The notes beneath the pieces are model-generated. The model did not search any database. It was given only the letters and a program-made list of their open reading frames with translations, and was not told where the DNA came from. Below, piece after piece: positions 9,366 through 20,300 of a DNA stretch of 64,000 nt. Each line of letters begins with the position of its first letter. Positions within the stretch are counted from its first letter, which is position 1. A program made the translations under genes and the position numbers. The stretch comes from Bdellovibrionales bacterium (GTDB lineage: Bacteria > Bdellovibrionota > Bdellovibrionia > Bdellovibrionales > JAGQZY01), in assembly GCA_031426555.1 (NCBI GenBank), contig JANPLN010000030.1, positions 64,001 through 128,000 of the forward strand. Direction: 5' to 3'.

Positions 9366-12113
9366 CTACTGGCAGATTTGGGTGAAAATGTTTGTCTGCG
9401 GTGCTAACGGCTCTTGGGGTGTGGGGATGTTGAGGGTGGTTCTTAGCTGTTCGTCAATTTGGGCGACTTGGTTGTTTAAATTTAAGATTTGCGGACAGGT
9501 GTCGGCGACGACGGATTTGAGTTCTATGCTTTTTAAAGAAAGCAGAGAGACTTTTGCCATCAAAAGGGATTCTTCGGCGAGAAGGTCTTCCTTTTGTTTT
9601 TGTAGGACCAAGAGGGCGGCCTCACTTTGAACTAACAAAGTATTATAGTTTTTTATCGTGGCTTCAATGTCCGTTATTTTCTGCAGGGCCGCTGTCTTGT
9701 TTACGAGCAATTCATTAATATTGTTTTGGTTAGCGTACTCAGTTGCGGCGAGTTGTGAGGCAGTCAGTTCGCCAGCAAGCCTACTGCTTTCGCTGTTCTG
9801 AACGTCTATTGTTTGCAAAAGTTGAGACTGAATTTGCAAAACGGCATCTTCAAACTGGGCCTTTCCGATAAAAATCTGCTGGAACGAATTTTCGCATTGA
9901 GCGGGATTTATGGAAGGAACGAGACACTGTGTAAACATCGTCTCGAGGAAGGTCGAGGCTTCGGTGCTCTCTTGCAATTTGGAAACCTGCAGGCGAAAAT
10001 TTTGTACTAATGCATTGAATTCGCTTTCTTTGGAGCGAAAACCAGCCTGTGATTCTTCAATTTTGGCAGACACTTCTTGGATGTGGACTTGCAGGTTGGT
10101 CGTCTGGATATCTAAGTTGTTCAACTGCTGCTTTTCACATGCAAACACGTTCGTATAAAAGTCTGAATTGTAAATCGTATTTTCACCGATATTGTTAAGC
10201 TCTGGATTGTTGCAATTCGAAAATTCGTCGCTGGTTCGTTGTTGGGAAGACCAACGCCAAACAATGAGACGGAGCAGGGTCCAATTTTGTAACATGACTT
10301 CGAGTTCAGAGTCCGAAGCACCCAGTTCTTGGGAAAGCCGTTCAGAGACAATTTCGACCTTACTTTTTTCTTCGTCCCAGGGTTGGGGCACACCACTCAA
10401 AAGAGTGTCGATGGTTGTAGGAGGCAAAGAGTTTAATAGTTGAGTTCGCAAAGAGGTGTTTAAAAGTTCGTTGGGATTGAGACAGGGACTTTTCTCAAGC
10501 TGAGGGTCAAGAATGATATTTGGATCGCAAACTAAGTGCATAAAAATCAGAGCTCTTGATTCGATATTTCGTTTTATAAACGAATTCAATTCCTGACTCA
10601 GCTGTTGGAATTTATTTTGGTGATAGGCGAACTCATTGTCAAAAGTTCTCTCTCCTTTGATAGAGATGGTATCTTCGATTCTCGTGTTTAAAATGATAAA
10701 CGAAATATCGTCGAGATCTGCATAATAGGGGATTTGATTAAACTGGCGTTTTGCTCGTTCGATTCCTTGAAGTTCTGTCTCAGCTTTTGTCTTCTCGGAA
10801 ACAAACTCAAGATAGTGAGTAAACGCTGTGTCTTGCTGGCGAGCGGCGTCTACTAACGTCTTTGAGCCATCGTGAAAAAGTTTTAAGGATTCAATCTGTC
10901 GGTTGATCCGATTGTACTCCTGGGTGCGCGACCCTATTTCGGCATTTTTTTGCTCGATGGTTTCCAAGTTCCAAGGAGGAGAGCTTTGAGGGATACTTTC
11001 TTTTGGCGGTACCAGCAAAGTTTTTTCCTCGAGCATTTCTGTTAAATGTTCGATCATTGCCATGACCTCGTTCGACTTGGCTCGAAGCTCCTGTTCTCGC
11101 TGACTGAACTCATTAATTTTAGGTAAAAATGGCGCGAGTGATTGATTGATGACTGCAATTTCGACGGTTGCCGTGGCACTATTTTGCGATTCCTGCGAAA
11201 TATTACTTTTTGTCGAGGACAGTGTCGCCTGAAGATCTTTGATTTGTTGATTTATTTGCGGGATGAGACCACTTTGTTGTTCTAGACCGCCTGATATTGC
11301 TTGGAGTCGGCTCTGAATTTCCTGTTGTTGAGTAGAAAAGTCTTTGAATGAATTCACAGCATTTGAAAGAGACTCCGATTGGAATGCGGCAAATTGCGCA
11401 ATGAGAGTTTCTTTTTGTTGAAGAAGCGGCAGTGCAGAATTATAGCTGTCTAATGTGATAGGCAACGACTTATCAACTCCTTGGATTTCACTCAGCTGTT
11501 GAGCGTAATCGAGAAGACCAAACCCTGTGGATACGGCGTCTTCCGGTAAATATTCAAAAGACTTTTCGGCCATGCATGCGATCGCCAATTTTTTGTAAGC
11601 ATTCGTAGTTCCACTGAGACTTAAATTGGCTGACCACAAATTACCAGTTTCGCTTTCGACTACAACGTTTGCTCGTATTTGCGATAGGAAAAGAGCCACC
11701 ATTGCCTGGATTTCTCGTACGTCCAAATCCTTAGTTTCAAACGTCATGGTATTATTGACTGTGGTGGTTGTGCCTGTTAGCTCGATGAGCTTGCTTTCCA
11801 AAGTCTGCAGGGTGTCAGTAAGAGAGGGATTAAAAATGGCGTTATCGCCAATGCCATCGATGTCTTTCCACTGAAGGTATACTTTTTTAGGCTTATGAGA
11901 AAAGAACTCAATTTTAAAGGACGGAGTTATGTTCTGTTTGAAGTTGAATGAAACGCGTACTTCGGACTCAAATTCATTCTCGTCGATTTTAAAGAATAAA
12001 TTATCAGATTGCTCGACGGAACAAGCAGCCTCTACAAAATCAAAACCTAGGGCTTGTTGAAAGCCTCCGAAAAGTGTTCCTATAAAAATTGAAAAAAGAA
12101 TATAATATTTCAT
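9366..12113 (-). CDS. Large secreted coiled-coil protein (~915 aa)
   Basis: Likely start MKYYILFSIFIGTLFGG (ATG 12113, GAGG SD); long Q/E/L-rich heptad stretches. Confidence 0.8.
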   Translation of the reverse strand: MKYYILFSIFIGTLFGGFQQALGFDFVEAACSVEQSDNLFFKIDENEFESEVRVSFNFKQNITPSFKIEFFSHKPKKVYLQWKDIDGIGDNAIFNPSLTDTLQTLESKLIELTGTTTTVNNTMTFETKDLDVREIQAMVALFLSQIRANVVVESETGNLWSANLSLSGTTNAYKKLAIACMAEKSFEYLPEDAVSTGFGLLDYAQQLSEIQGVDKSLPITLDSYNSALPLLQQKETLIAQFAAFQSESLSNAVNSFKDFSTQQQEIQSRLQAISGGLEQQSGLIPQINQQIKDLQATLSSTKSNISQESQNSATATVEIAVINQSLAPFLPKINEFSQREQELRAKSNEVMAMIEHLTEMLEEKTLLVPPKESIPQSSPPWNLETIEQKNAEIGSRTQEYNRINRQIESLKLFHDGSKTLVDAARQQDTAFTHYLEFVSEKTKAETELQGIERAKRQFNQIPYYADLDDISFIILNTRIEDTISIKGERTFDNEFAYHQNKFQQLSQELNSFIKRNIESRALIFMHLVCDPNIILDPQLEKSPCLNPNELLNTSLRTQLLNSLPPTTIDTLLSGVPQPWDEEKSKVEIVSERLSQELGASDSELEVMLQNWTLLRLIVWRWSSQQRTSDEFSNCNNPELNNIGENTIYNSDFYTNVFACEKQQLNNLDIQTTNLQVHIQEVSAKIEESQAGFRSKESEFNALVQNFRLQVSKLQESTEASTFLETMFTQCLVPSINPAQCENSFQQIFIGKAQFEDAVLQIQSQLLQTIDVQNSESSRLAGELTASQLAATEYANQNNINELLVNKTAALQKITDIEATIKNYNTLLVQSEAALLVLQKQKEDLLAEESLLMAKVSLLSLKSIELKSVVADTCPQILNLNNQVAQIDEQLRTTLNIPTPQEPLAPQTNIFTQICQ

Positions 12114-12123
12114 AAATCCTCGA

Positions 12124-15100
12124 TTAAAAAATGGGTTCCACCGGTGGCAGAAGTGGAAGTCCTTCTTTGACAATGTCCATAAAAATTGGCAGAGCGAGAG
12201 CGCCTCCTGTGGAGCCTGTTGAGGCGGGACTGTCGTAGCCAACCCAAACTGCAATCACAAAATTCCGGCTAAAACCGATAAACCAATTATCGTGAGAATT
12301 CGAACTGGTTCCGGTTTTTCCACCAAAACAAATTTGACCCGAGATTCCCATGGCAGTGCCGTCACAAAAATTAAGACCAAGGGAATTTACTGGAAAGTCC
12401 CGCAAGCTTTGCGCGGTTCCGACGTTGGCAACCTGAACTAAAATTCGCTGTATATCAAAAACGACTTGTCTGTTATCGGAGTAAGGCACGTTTGTCGATT
12501 CGAAGAGATTTGGGGGGGTTATGTCTTCGCCACGACCGTTTCTAAAAGTTTTAAAATAAACAGGCTTCACAATTTTTTGACCATTGGAAAAGAAGCTAAA
12601 AGAGGACGCAAGTTTCTCCACAGTCAGCTCTTGCGCTCCCAAAACAATAGACGGTCGATATTGGACACTCGAACTACTATAAAGATCTATCTCCACGAGA
12701 AAATCGACGAACTCCCGCAAATTTTCGAAACGGTCGGTCCCGAATCCAGAGTTTGTCAGTAGTCCCACGGCCGGCTTGTTAATAGATTTTGTGAGTGCTT
12801 GCTCAATGGTGACTTGCGAAGATCCTGCACTACCGTCGAAGTTGTCTGGGACGTAGTTTGAGTTGTCGTCAATCCTAAAATTAACGCCGGAGTTTTGAAT
12901 GAGACTGTCGGGACGAAATCCTTTCGTTAGTGCGAGATAATAGATCCACGGTTTTAAAGTGGAGCCCACAGGGCGCCTTGAAATATTTGATCGGTCAAAA
13001 AAGCGCGACGTTTGTGGGTTGTATCCACCAAACTGGGCCAGCACTTCGCCGGTGTTACTGTTCATTACGATGGCGGCGGCCTGAAGCTTTGGGGATTGCA
13101 GGGTGAACGACTGCGAGTTTTCCGCTTTCGAGACCCATACTATTTGTTCGTGCAGGATTTCATTCCTTTGCATTTTTGATTTTAATATTTGTTGGTGTTC
13201 TTGCGTTAATCGAATTTCGATGATGCCTTGATCGTCGCTGATCAGAACATTGGTATTTGCTCCGTCTTTTGCGATAAAAGCAGGGAGCATATATTCCCGC
13301 GGAGAATTTTCCAGCATTTTTTGCAGGGCACTTTGAATGAGCAGATTCTTTACCTGCGACGTGCGAATTTCTGGATAGACCGTTACATCGAATGCTTTGA
13401 AGCATGGGCTCATAAGTCGTAGGATTTCGAGGGGTGTTTGCGAGTCACCCGTAGGGGGACTAAAAATGTCCAAAATAGATTGGCACTGTTGTGGATTGGT
13501 CCAGATGGCGATGACTTCCCCAAGGGAGAATTTTTTATTTGAGAAATCGTTGACGTTAAATACCTCTTGCGTCGTCCGAATTACCGAGTTGCTTGGGTGA
13601 AAATAAAACTGTGTGGAGTTTTGCGAAGCCAATGAAATGACAAAATCGACGTCACGGCCCTCTTTGCTGAGAACCTCTCGAAATTCCGTCAGCGCCTCGC
13701 GCAGTTCAGATGTAACGTCGGTTGCATCGATTTGGGCAAAGCGACTGCGATCGTTTCTTGCGGCTTCAATCCGACTTTCTGTGGTGCGATCACGATCATA
13801 GCTGTCGAGTTTACTGATGATATTTTTTCTTACAATTCCCTGCAAATTCATATCAATCGTGCTCACAAGTTCCGACTGGATGACTTGAGCTCCTGTGGAG
13901 TTCGCCGAATTTTCCGAAACGTAGTTTCGTGCCATGAGTTCAAGATAAATGGAAGAGTCCGAAGCCGGTCTTTGATTGCTTTTTTGCTCCCACTGCGGAA
14001 GAGGTGTAGCTTGAGCTTGCAGGAGCTCGTTCTGATTGATCGGTTCGAGCAAACTGCTTTCCCAGCTTAGCTTACTCATTTGTTCAAGCACGTAAAGTCT
14101 GCGACCTTTGGTGTAAGAATCATAGTTGCTCGGTAACGAGTACCGATTGGGACGTTTGAACAGGGAGGCAATAAAAGCCGCCTCCGGGATATTGATAGCA
14201 ATCGCATCTTTTTCGAAGAATGTTTTTGCCGCTTGATCTATGCCGCGAATCCCCGGTCCATAATCCATCATGTTTAAGTAGTTCTCGAGCACCACTTTTT
14301 TTCCAGTCCCAGGTTTTTTTGCCTCCCAATACATTTCGTACGGCTTAGCCCAAAACCATTCCCGTATTTTTCGCAGTAGGCTTTTTAAACTGCCGTTTGT
14401 AAAGAGCGTATTTCCGCTGGCGCTCTCCTTGTCTAAAAAATAAAAGTTTTTTAAAAGCTGCATAGTAAGAGTAGATCCACCTGACAGTTGGCTTTCATCG
14501 GACGTGGATTTCATTTGCACAGCCATGCGCACCATAGACGTCATATCAACGCCTTCGTGCAACCAGAACGAGCTATCTTCTGCGGCGATTAAAGCCTTAG
14601 TCACATTTGGTGAAATTTGCGGGTAAGCAAGCCAATTTTCGGTTTGCGAAAATAGATAGTCGACGAATTGACCATGGCGATCGTACAGACTGGTTTTTCC
14701 AAAGTAGCGTAAATTTCCCAAACTTTCCATATCCCTTGTCGAAAGAATGAGAAGTTCATTTTTGATAAACAATTGTACGTCTTTAGTTTCCTGTGATGTA
14801 AACGATCTCGAGGTGAAATCGTCGGAACATATTTTAGTAATTGTGGATTTAACAAGGTCGGCGCTGGAATTTTCTTCGAGAAGATCGTCGGAATGCTTGT
14901 CTACGATTTGAAACAAAAAATTTAGGACCTCTGACTTTGACATATCCAGTTCAATTTGCATATCTGCGAAAAGAGCTCGACATGTTCGATTTGCTGCCGA
15001 CAAAGAGGTGGTGCCATCAGAAGACAATAAGTTCAAGCTGACAGGATCCACAGTTGTATTGAAATACTTTTGTTGCATTTTGTTTGCGGGCACATACTGG

Positions 15101-15147
15101 TGCAGCGAAAAAAATGTCAAAACAATAAGTTTTGATATGATATCCAT
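12124..15147 (-). CDS. Class A penicillin-binding protein (GT51 transglycosylase plus transpeptidase), enlarged
   Basis: AEDSSFWLHEGVD, GGSTLTMQLLKN, RKIRE and YLN; SxxK (STLK), SxN (SIN) and KTG. Likely start ATG 15147. Confidence 0.92.
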   Translation of the reverse strand: MDIISKLIVLTFFSLHQYVPANKMQQKYFNTTVDPVSLNLLSSDGTTSLSAANRTCRALFADMQIELDMSKSEVLNFLFQIVDKHSDDLLEENSSADLVKSTITKICSDDFTSRSFTSQETKDVQLFIKNELLILSTRDMESLGNLRYFGKTSLYDRHGQFVDYLFSQTENWLAYPQISPNVTKALIAAEDSSFWLHEGVDMTSMVRMAVQMKSTSDESQLSGGSTLTMQLLKNFYFLDKESASGNTLFTNGSLKSLLRKIREWFWAKPYEMYWEAKKPGTGKKVVLENYLNMMDYGPGIRGIDQAAKTFFEKDAIAINIPEAAFIASLFKRPNRYSLPSNYDSYTKGRRLYVLEQMSKLSWESSLLEPINQNELLQAQATPLPQWEQKSNQRPASDSSIYLELMARNYVSENSANSTGAQVIQSELVSTIDMNLQGIVRKNIISKLDSYDRDRTTESRIEAARNDRSRFAQIDATDVTSELREALTEFREVLSKEGRDVDFVISLASQNSTQFYFHPSNSVIRTTQEVFNVNDFSNKKFSLGEVIAIWTNPQQCQSILDIFSPPTGDSQTPLEILRLMSPCFKAFDVTVYPEIRTSQVKNLLIQSALQKMLENSPREYMLPAFIAKDGANTNVLISDDQGIIEIRLTQEHQQILKSKMQRNEILHEQIVWVSKAENSQSFTLQSPKLQAAAIVMNSNTGEVLAQFGGYNPQTSRFFDRSNISRRPVGSTLKPWIYYLALTKGFRPDSLIQNSGVNFRIDDNSNYVPDNFDGSAGSSQVTIEQALTKSINKPAVGLLTNSGFGTDRFENLREFVDFLVEIDLYSSSSVQYRPSIVLGAQELTVEKLASSFSFFSNGQKIVKPVYFKTFRNGRGEDITPPNLFESTNVPYSDNRQVVFDIQRILVQVANVGTAQSLRDFPVNSLGLNFCDGTAMGISGQICFGGKTGTSSNSHDNWFIGFSRNFVIAVWVGYDSPASTGSTGGALALPIFMDIVKEGLPLLPPVEPIF

Positions 15148-15148
15148 A

Positions 15149-16300
15149 CTATTCTTCTTCTTTGGGAGACATCCAGTTTGCGATTGTATCTTCGACCGAT
15201 TGCATTGCCGAGGTTGCAGCGGCCCCAGCACCATTCGTTACAACACCCAGATAGTCACTTTCGTTGCGAGCTTCTCGCGCTGATTGTAGGTTTTGAGCCA
15301 AAGAGATACAGCTTTCTAAACTACTCTGACTTCTCACGCAGCTTGTAAGTAGCTTTTCCACACAAACGCTTTGATATTTTTCGTGCATACATCGGCCGAC
15401 AGCCCATGGACCGAACTTAGAAATGAGCAGGCTCACTTCTTCGAGTTTTCCCACGTTATTTGCCTGTAGCTGAGACAAGTACTCATCGTAAATTTCCACA
15501 GCTTGGAGGGGTAAAGAAATTTTCGAAACCATCGAGATGGTCACGCTTTGCGAATTCAATGTCATGCTAAGAGATACTAACTGATCAATATTTTTACTCA
15601 CTTCTGCAAGCTCCGTCGAGGAACCCACTAAACTTTTAATCAAATCCAGATCCACTTTCATTGTTTGCGAACCGTCGACGCTTTCGATAACGATGGCCTC
15701 TGCCATAACCTGTTTAAGCAGATCAACTGCTTGCTGACTCATTTCGGGTGCGCCATTTGAGTTTCGTGGTGATCGAGCCCCTAAAGTTTGTCGCGGTCGC
15801 TGTGCCTGCGGTTCTAGCTTGGCGACGACTTCGCTAAGTTTGTCCTTAAGGCCAACAAGGTCTGTGATGCCGGTCTGCGCGACAACTGAATCTGTGACAG
15901 CAGAATCATTGTCGGCAGAGTCATTACTGACACGGTTCACAACAGCTTTAAAAAAAAGCTCCTTAGATACGTTAGCTTCTAACTTCACTTCAAGAATGCC
16001 ATCAGAGGCTTGTTGCGAGAGCTGCATGGCGAGATTTCCGCTAAGTCTCGCGACATCTTTGGTGGAGGAAAATTCTGTGAGGATGAGCCCTTGCGCCATT
16101 TGGCTGTCGGGTAATACAGTCGCTTTAGTATCTTCAGCCACAATCTGGGTTCTACCGACTAAAGCGGCGAGCAAAGACTCAACGATCAATTGAACGTTAG
16201 CATCCATTTGCGTTTTGAGTGGCAGTGATTCCTGGGCATTTGACAGTCTAGGCGCAAACATAAGACCGGTGATTGCAAGAGCGATTAAAAATGGGCGCAT
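15149..16300 (-). CDS. Secreted hypothetical protein with C-terminal Cys cluster
   Basis: Signal peptide ending SNA; GGAGG SD; stop 1 nt before the PBP start. Confidence 0.8.
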   Translation of the reverse strand: MRPFLIALAITGLMFAPRLSNAQESLPLKTQMDANVQLIVESLLAALVGRTQIVAEDTKATVLPDSQMAQGLILTEFSSTKDVARLSGNLAMQLSQQASDGILEVKLEANVSKELFFKAVVNRVSNDSADNDSAVTDSVVAQTGITDLVGLKDKLSEVVAKLEPQAQRPRQTLGARSPRNSNGAPEMSQQAVDLLKQVMAEAIVIESVDGSQTMKVDLDLIKSLVGSSTELAEVSKNIDQLVSLSMTLNSQSVTISMVSKISLPLQAVEIYDEYLSQLQANNVGKLEEVSLLISKFGPWAVGRCMHEKYQSVCVEKLLTSCVRSQSSLESCISLAQNLQSAREARNESDYLGVVTNGAGAAATSAMQSVEDTIANWMSPKEEE

Positions 16301-16518
16301 TGTTCCTCCAAATGTATTAATACGTTGCGTTAACGCTTTGTACCATTTGTTGCCGGAGGAAGAATATTAAACCGCCCAGTTTGAAAAAAAGTAAATTCAT
16401 GAGTGATTCTAGTGCCTTTTCGGAGCCAATTTAACGGATCCAATTCTTGCACTTTATGACGCATAATGGTAATACGATGCGTTAATAGTTTAACTTTTTA
16501 GGTCAAAGCGAGGATCAA

Positions 16519-17382
16519 ATGAGCGCAATACGGTTTCTAATACTATGTCTTTTGGGTGTGATGACAGGGGCTAAGGCCTTAGCAACGGAGCCTGTCTATG
16601 ATGAACCTGTAAATACAAATCAATATGACGATCACTTTGTGGACCGATATCAAGGGGATTCCTCTGACTGGTTAAACGGTTTGTTCGAACAAGATGGGGA
16701 CGGACCAATATTTATGCCGGGCGCTGAAGTTAGCGATCTTCCCGGAGTGTCAGTTGTTCCCAAAGATTCTGAATTTCCTGAAGTCGAAGTAGTTCCAGAA
16801 GTTTCTGAAGTCCCTGAAGTTGCAGAGATTCCTGAGGTGCCAGCGGTTCCCGAAGTTGCAGAGATTCCTGAGGTGCCAGCGGTTCCTGAAGTTGCAGAGA
16901 TTCCCGAGGTCCCAGTGGTTCCCGAAGTTGCAAGCGGACTTTCGGCGGATGATTTGCTACCAGCCTCTACGCCAACGAGCAGCGAACTTGTAGCTGCTGT
17001 TTCTGCGGACAAGTTGGCGCTGCTTCTTGTTGATGACGACAAGGTGAAACAGTCGCTTGAGCAAGTTTCGTTATTTTTTGTCGCCGGGCAAATGGGAACA
17101 GTGAACGAATTGTCGGAAAAATTTAAAGATGTCGGAACACTTTGTTTATTTTCAACCACTGGCGATAGTTCATCTTTGGCAGATACCATTCAAAAAGACG
17201 TGGTGTTGCAAGGTTCTTCCAAAGAGCAAAAACCCGATAGCAACGGGAACACAACTCTGGAGATCAAATTCTCTGATGGTACCCTTAAACTCTTTTGCAT
17301 TAAAAATAACGCGAGCGAATTCACGTTTGGTGATCTTCGCTCCGCGCTCAAAGGCATCGTCGAGGTGAGAGTTCTTCGATAA
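16519..17382 (+). CDS. Secreted acidic protein with P/E/V tandem repeats
   Basis: Signal peptide ending AKALA; GAGGA SD; PEVAEIPEVPAV repeats. Confidence 0.82.
   Translation: MSAIRFLILCLLGVMTGAKALATEPVYDEPVNTNQYDDHFVDRYQGDSSDWLNGLFEQDGDGPIFMPGAEVSDLPGVSVVPKDSEFPEVEVVPEVSEVPEVAEIPEVPAVPEVAEIPEVPAVPEVAEIPEVPVVPEVASGLSADDLLPASTPTSSELVAAVSADKLALLLVDDDKVKQSLEQVSLFFVAGQMGTVNELSEKFKDVGTLCLFSTTGDSSSLADTIQKDVVLQGSSKEQKPDSNGNTTLEIKFSDGTLKLFCIKNNASEFTFGDLRSALKGIVEVRVLR
16813..16932 (+). repeat. 36-bp in-frame tandem repeat, about 3.3 copies
   Basis: CC(T/C)GAAGTTGCAGAGATTCC(T/C)GAGGT(G/C)CCAG(C/T)GGTT at 16813, 16849 and 16885, partial at 16921. Confidence 0.92.
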
Positions 17383-17394
17383 TTGAAGGCTTCC

Positions 17395-20300
17395 CTAGGT
17401 GAGTAGGATCTTTTTGCGGCGTTCGAATTTAGAAAGCAGCAAATAAATCGAAGGCACCACAACGAGCGTAAAGACGGTGGAGACCACGATTCCGCCGACG
17501 ATGGTTAAACCCATGGGCGTTCGGGTTTCTTGTCCGATACTGTTACCAAACACTAACGGAAGTGCTGCTGCCACTGTTGCCACTGAGGTCATAATGATAG
17601 GGCGCAGGCGCACGGGACAGGCTTCGATCAGGGCTTCTGTAACCCCCAGGTTTTTTTCATCGCGAAGGCGGTTCGTAAACTCCACAAGAAGAATCGAGTT
17701 CTTTTTGGCAATACCCATTAAAACGATAACTCCAATAAAACTGAATAAATTTAACGAAACATCTCCCGCCCATAAAATCAAAAGCGCACCGGTGATACTA
17801 AAGGGCAATGCGGCTAAAACAGAAATGGGAAGAATGAAGGAATTAAACTGAATCGCCAAAACCATATAAGCCACAAGGATACCGACGAGAAGTGCATAGG
17901 CTAAGTTTTTAAAGCTGTCATTCAGGCCAGCGGCGGTTCCCTCGAGGGAAAATCCATAACCTTTGGGCAGCGCCGTACGCGCGATTTGAGCGGCGCGATC
18001 GAGAGCTTTGGCTTGACCCACGCCTTTTGCTAAGTTGCCAAAAACTCCCACTGTGCGTTGGCGATTGAGACGATTGATGGATTGAAATGTTTTTTGATTT
18101 TCAAAGTCTACAAACTGATCAATAGGAATCGCAAGCCCGAAATCGTTTCGCACCAAAACTTTGGAGATATCTTTGTAGGAGCGAAGATCTTCGTCTTCGA
18201 GTTTGATTCGAATATCATAGCGACGTCCCCCGGAAGTGAACTGGCTTTGGCGGGCGCCAGCGACAGCGGCATTGAGTGCCGTGGCCACCGAAGAGATTGT
18301 GACACCCGATTCCGCCATGCGCTTACGTTCGGGGCGAATTAAGAGTTCGGGAAGACCCAATTTAAAATCTGTGTCCAGATCTACTGCTAGGCCTTCTTTT
18401 GAGAGCTGTTCCATAATTTCTTCGGCCTTTTGATTTAGTACCTGCAGATCGGGACCGGTGATATTGAATGACAATGGATTAAGGCGGCCCGAAGTGAGGC
18501 CTCGCGCAGAAATATCGCGAAACGAAAAGCGAACGCCTTCGACAACTTTTAGCTCTTCGCGCAGCTCATCCATGATTTGTGTGTGGGTGATGGAACGCTC
18601 CTCGCGGAGCGTGAGGTTGATGGGAATAAAAATTTGGTTCACGCTGCTTGCGCCAGGTCCTCCGCCGATGGACAGAAAAAAACTAACCACATTTTTATTC
18701 GCTTTAAGAACCTTTTCGATCTCCAGCGCCTTTATGTAGGTGGCTTCGAGAGAGGAGCCGGGTTTGAGCTGAGAGTTCAGCATCACAACGTTTTGATCTT
18801 GTGAGGGTACAAATTCCTGACGAATTCGTTGCACCAAAAATAAAGAGACTAAAAATAAAATGGTGGCACCAAAGACAATTTTTTTACTGTGCTCCAGGGT
18901 TTTGCGCAAAAGATTTTGATAAGCGGCATTGATTTTATCAAACAGATGATCCAGCTTCATTTCGAATTTTGAAATTTTAGGCGACTGACTCAAAAAAGCC
19001 GCGGCTCGCATCGGTGTAATCGTGACCGCTTCCAAAAGTGAAAGCAGCACGGCCACCGACATGGTGACGCCGAACTGGAAGAAGAATTTGCCGATAACTC
19101 CCGACATAAAGACCACTGGCAGAAACACGGCCACCACGGCCAACGTTGCGGCAATGGCCGCCGGGAGAATTTCGACGGAGCCGTCATAGGCCGCCTGGGT
19201 GGCTGATTTTCCCATGCGATGATGGCGAACGATATTTTCTAATAGCATAATGGCATCGTCGACAACAATGGAGATCGCCAGAGTGAGAGCAAGCAGCGAA
19301 AAGAGATTCAATGTGAAGCCGGCAAAATAAACCACAATAAATGTGCCGACGATGGATGTGGGAATCGAAAAAAGAATATTGATGGCGGCGCCTAGACTGC
19401 CGAGAAACAGGAAGCATACGAGGATTGTGACGATAGAAGCAAAAATCAGTTTTTCTTGCGTGGTAGAAACCACAGCTTTGGTGGCTTTTGTAAAATCGAC
19501 GTTGATTTGCAGTTTGTAGTCCTTAGGAATAGACTTTTGCAATTCTTCCACTTTTTTCTGAACGACTTCCGCAAGGGCCACTTCGTTTCCGCCGCGCTGT
19601 TTGCGAATGGAAATCGAAACCGCTTCTCGCCCATCCACGCGCGCTGTTCGCCGAAGATCACTCAGCCCATCTTCCACGCGCGCCACATCGCCGATGGTGA
19701 GTTTTTGATCTTGAATAATCTGGCCACCGCGACGAAGAATGCGCAGACCAGAGACTTGATCAGCGGTGGCAGCTTCGCCCAGCCAGCGAACTCGGTATTC
19801 ATTTTTGCCATCCGAAAATTGCCCTGCAGCAGATTCTAAATGTTGCGACTCGAGAGCAGAGGCGATGTCGCTGATGGTGAGTTCGTATTTTGCAAGCTTT
19901 TGAATATCGGGCCAAATTCTTAAATTACGAGCGCTATAACCGGCGATGGAGACTTCGCCGATTCCTGGAAGAAATCGAAACTGATCTAGCAAAAAAGAGT
20001 CCACCCATTCCAGAGTTTCGCGAAGGGGTCGATCCGACGAAACACCAATAAAAATAATCGGCGATTCTTCGGGGTTGCTCTTGCGTATGACAGGAGGGTC
20101 CACCTGTTGCGGTAAGCGCACCGAGCTGAGCGCCGACTGCACCTCTTGGAGGGCAACGTTGATATCTCGGGAGATATCAAAGGTGAGGCTGATATTTCCC
20201 TGGCCCGTTTGCACGCTGGAGCGCATTTCTTGAATGCCTTCTACGGAAAGTAGGTTCTGCTCCATGGGATCGATGAGTTCGGTTTCAACCACCTCTGGCG

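Noticed and set aside
9253..9630. 125-aa plus-strand ORF starting in the inverted repeat
   Set aside because: Begins inside the repeat arm and runs antisense to a long gene; no recognisable protein features.
16741..16932. 36-bp repeats as a CRISPR array
   Set aside because: Head-to-tail with no unique spacers, in frame within a CDS, variation mostly at third codon positions, and no cas genes.
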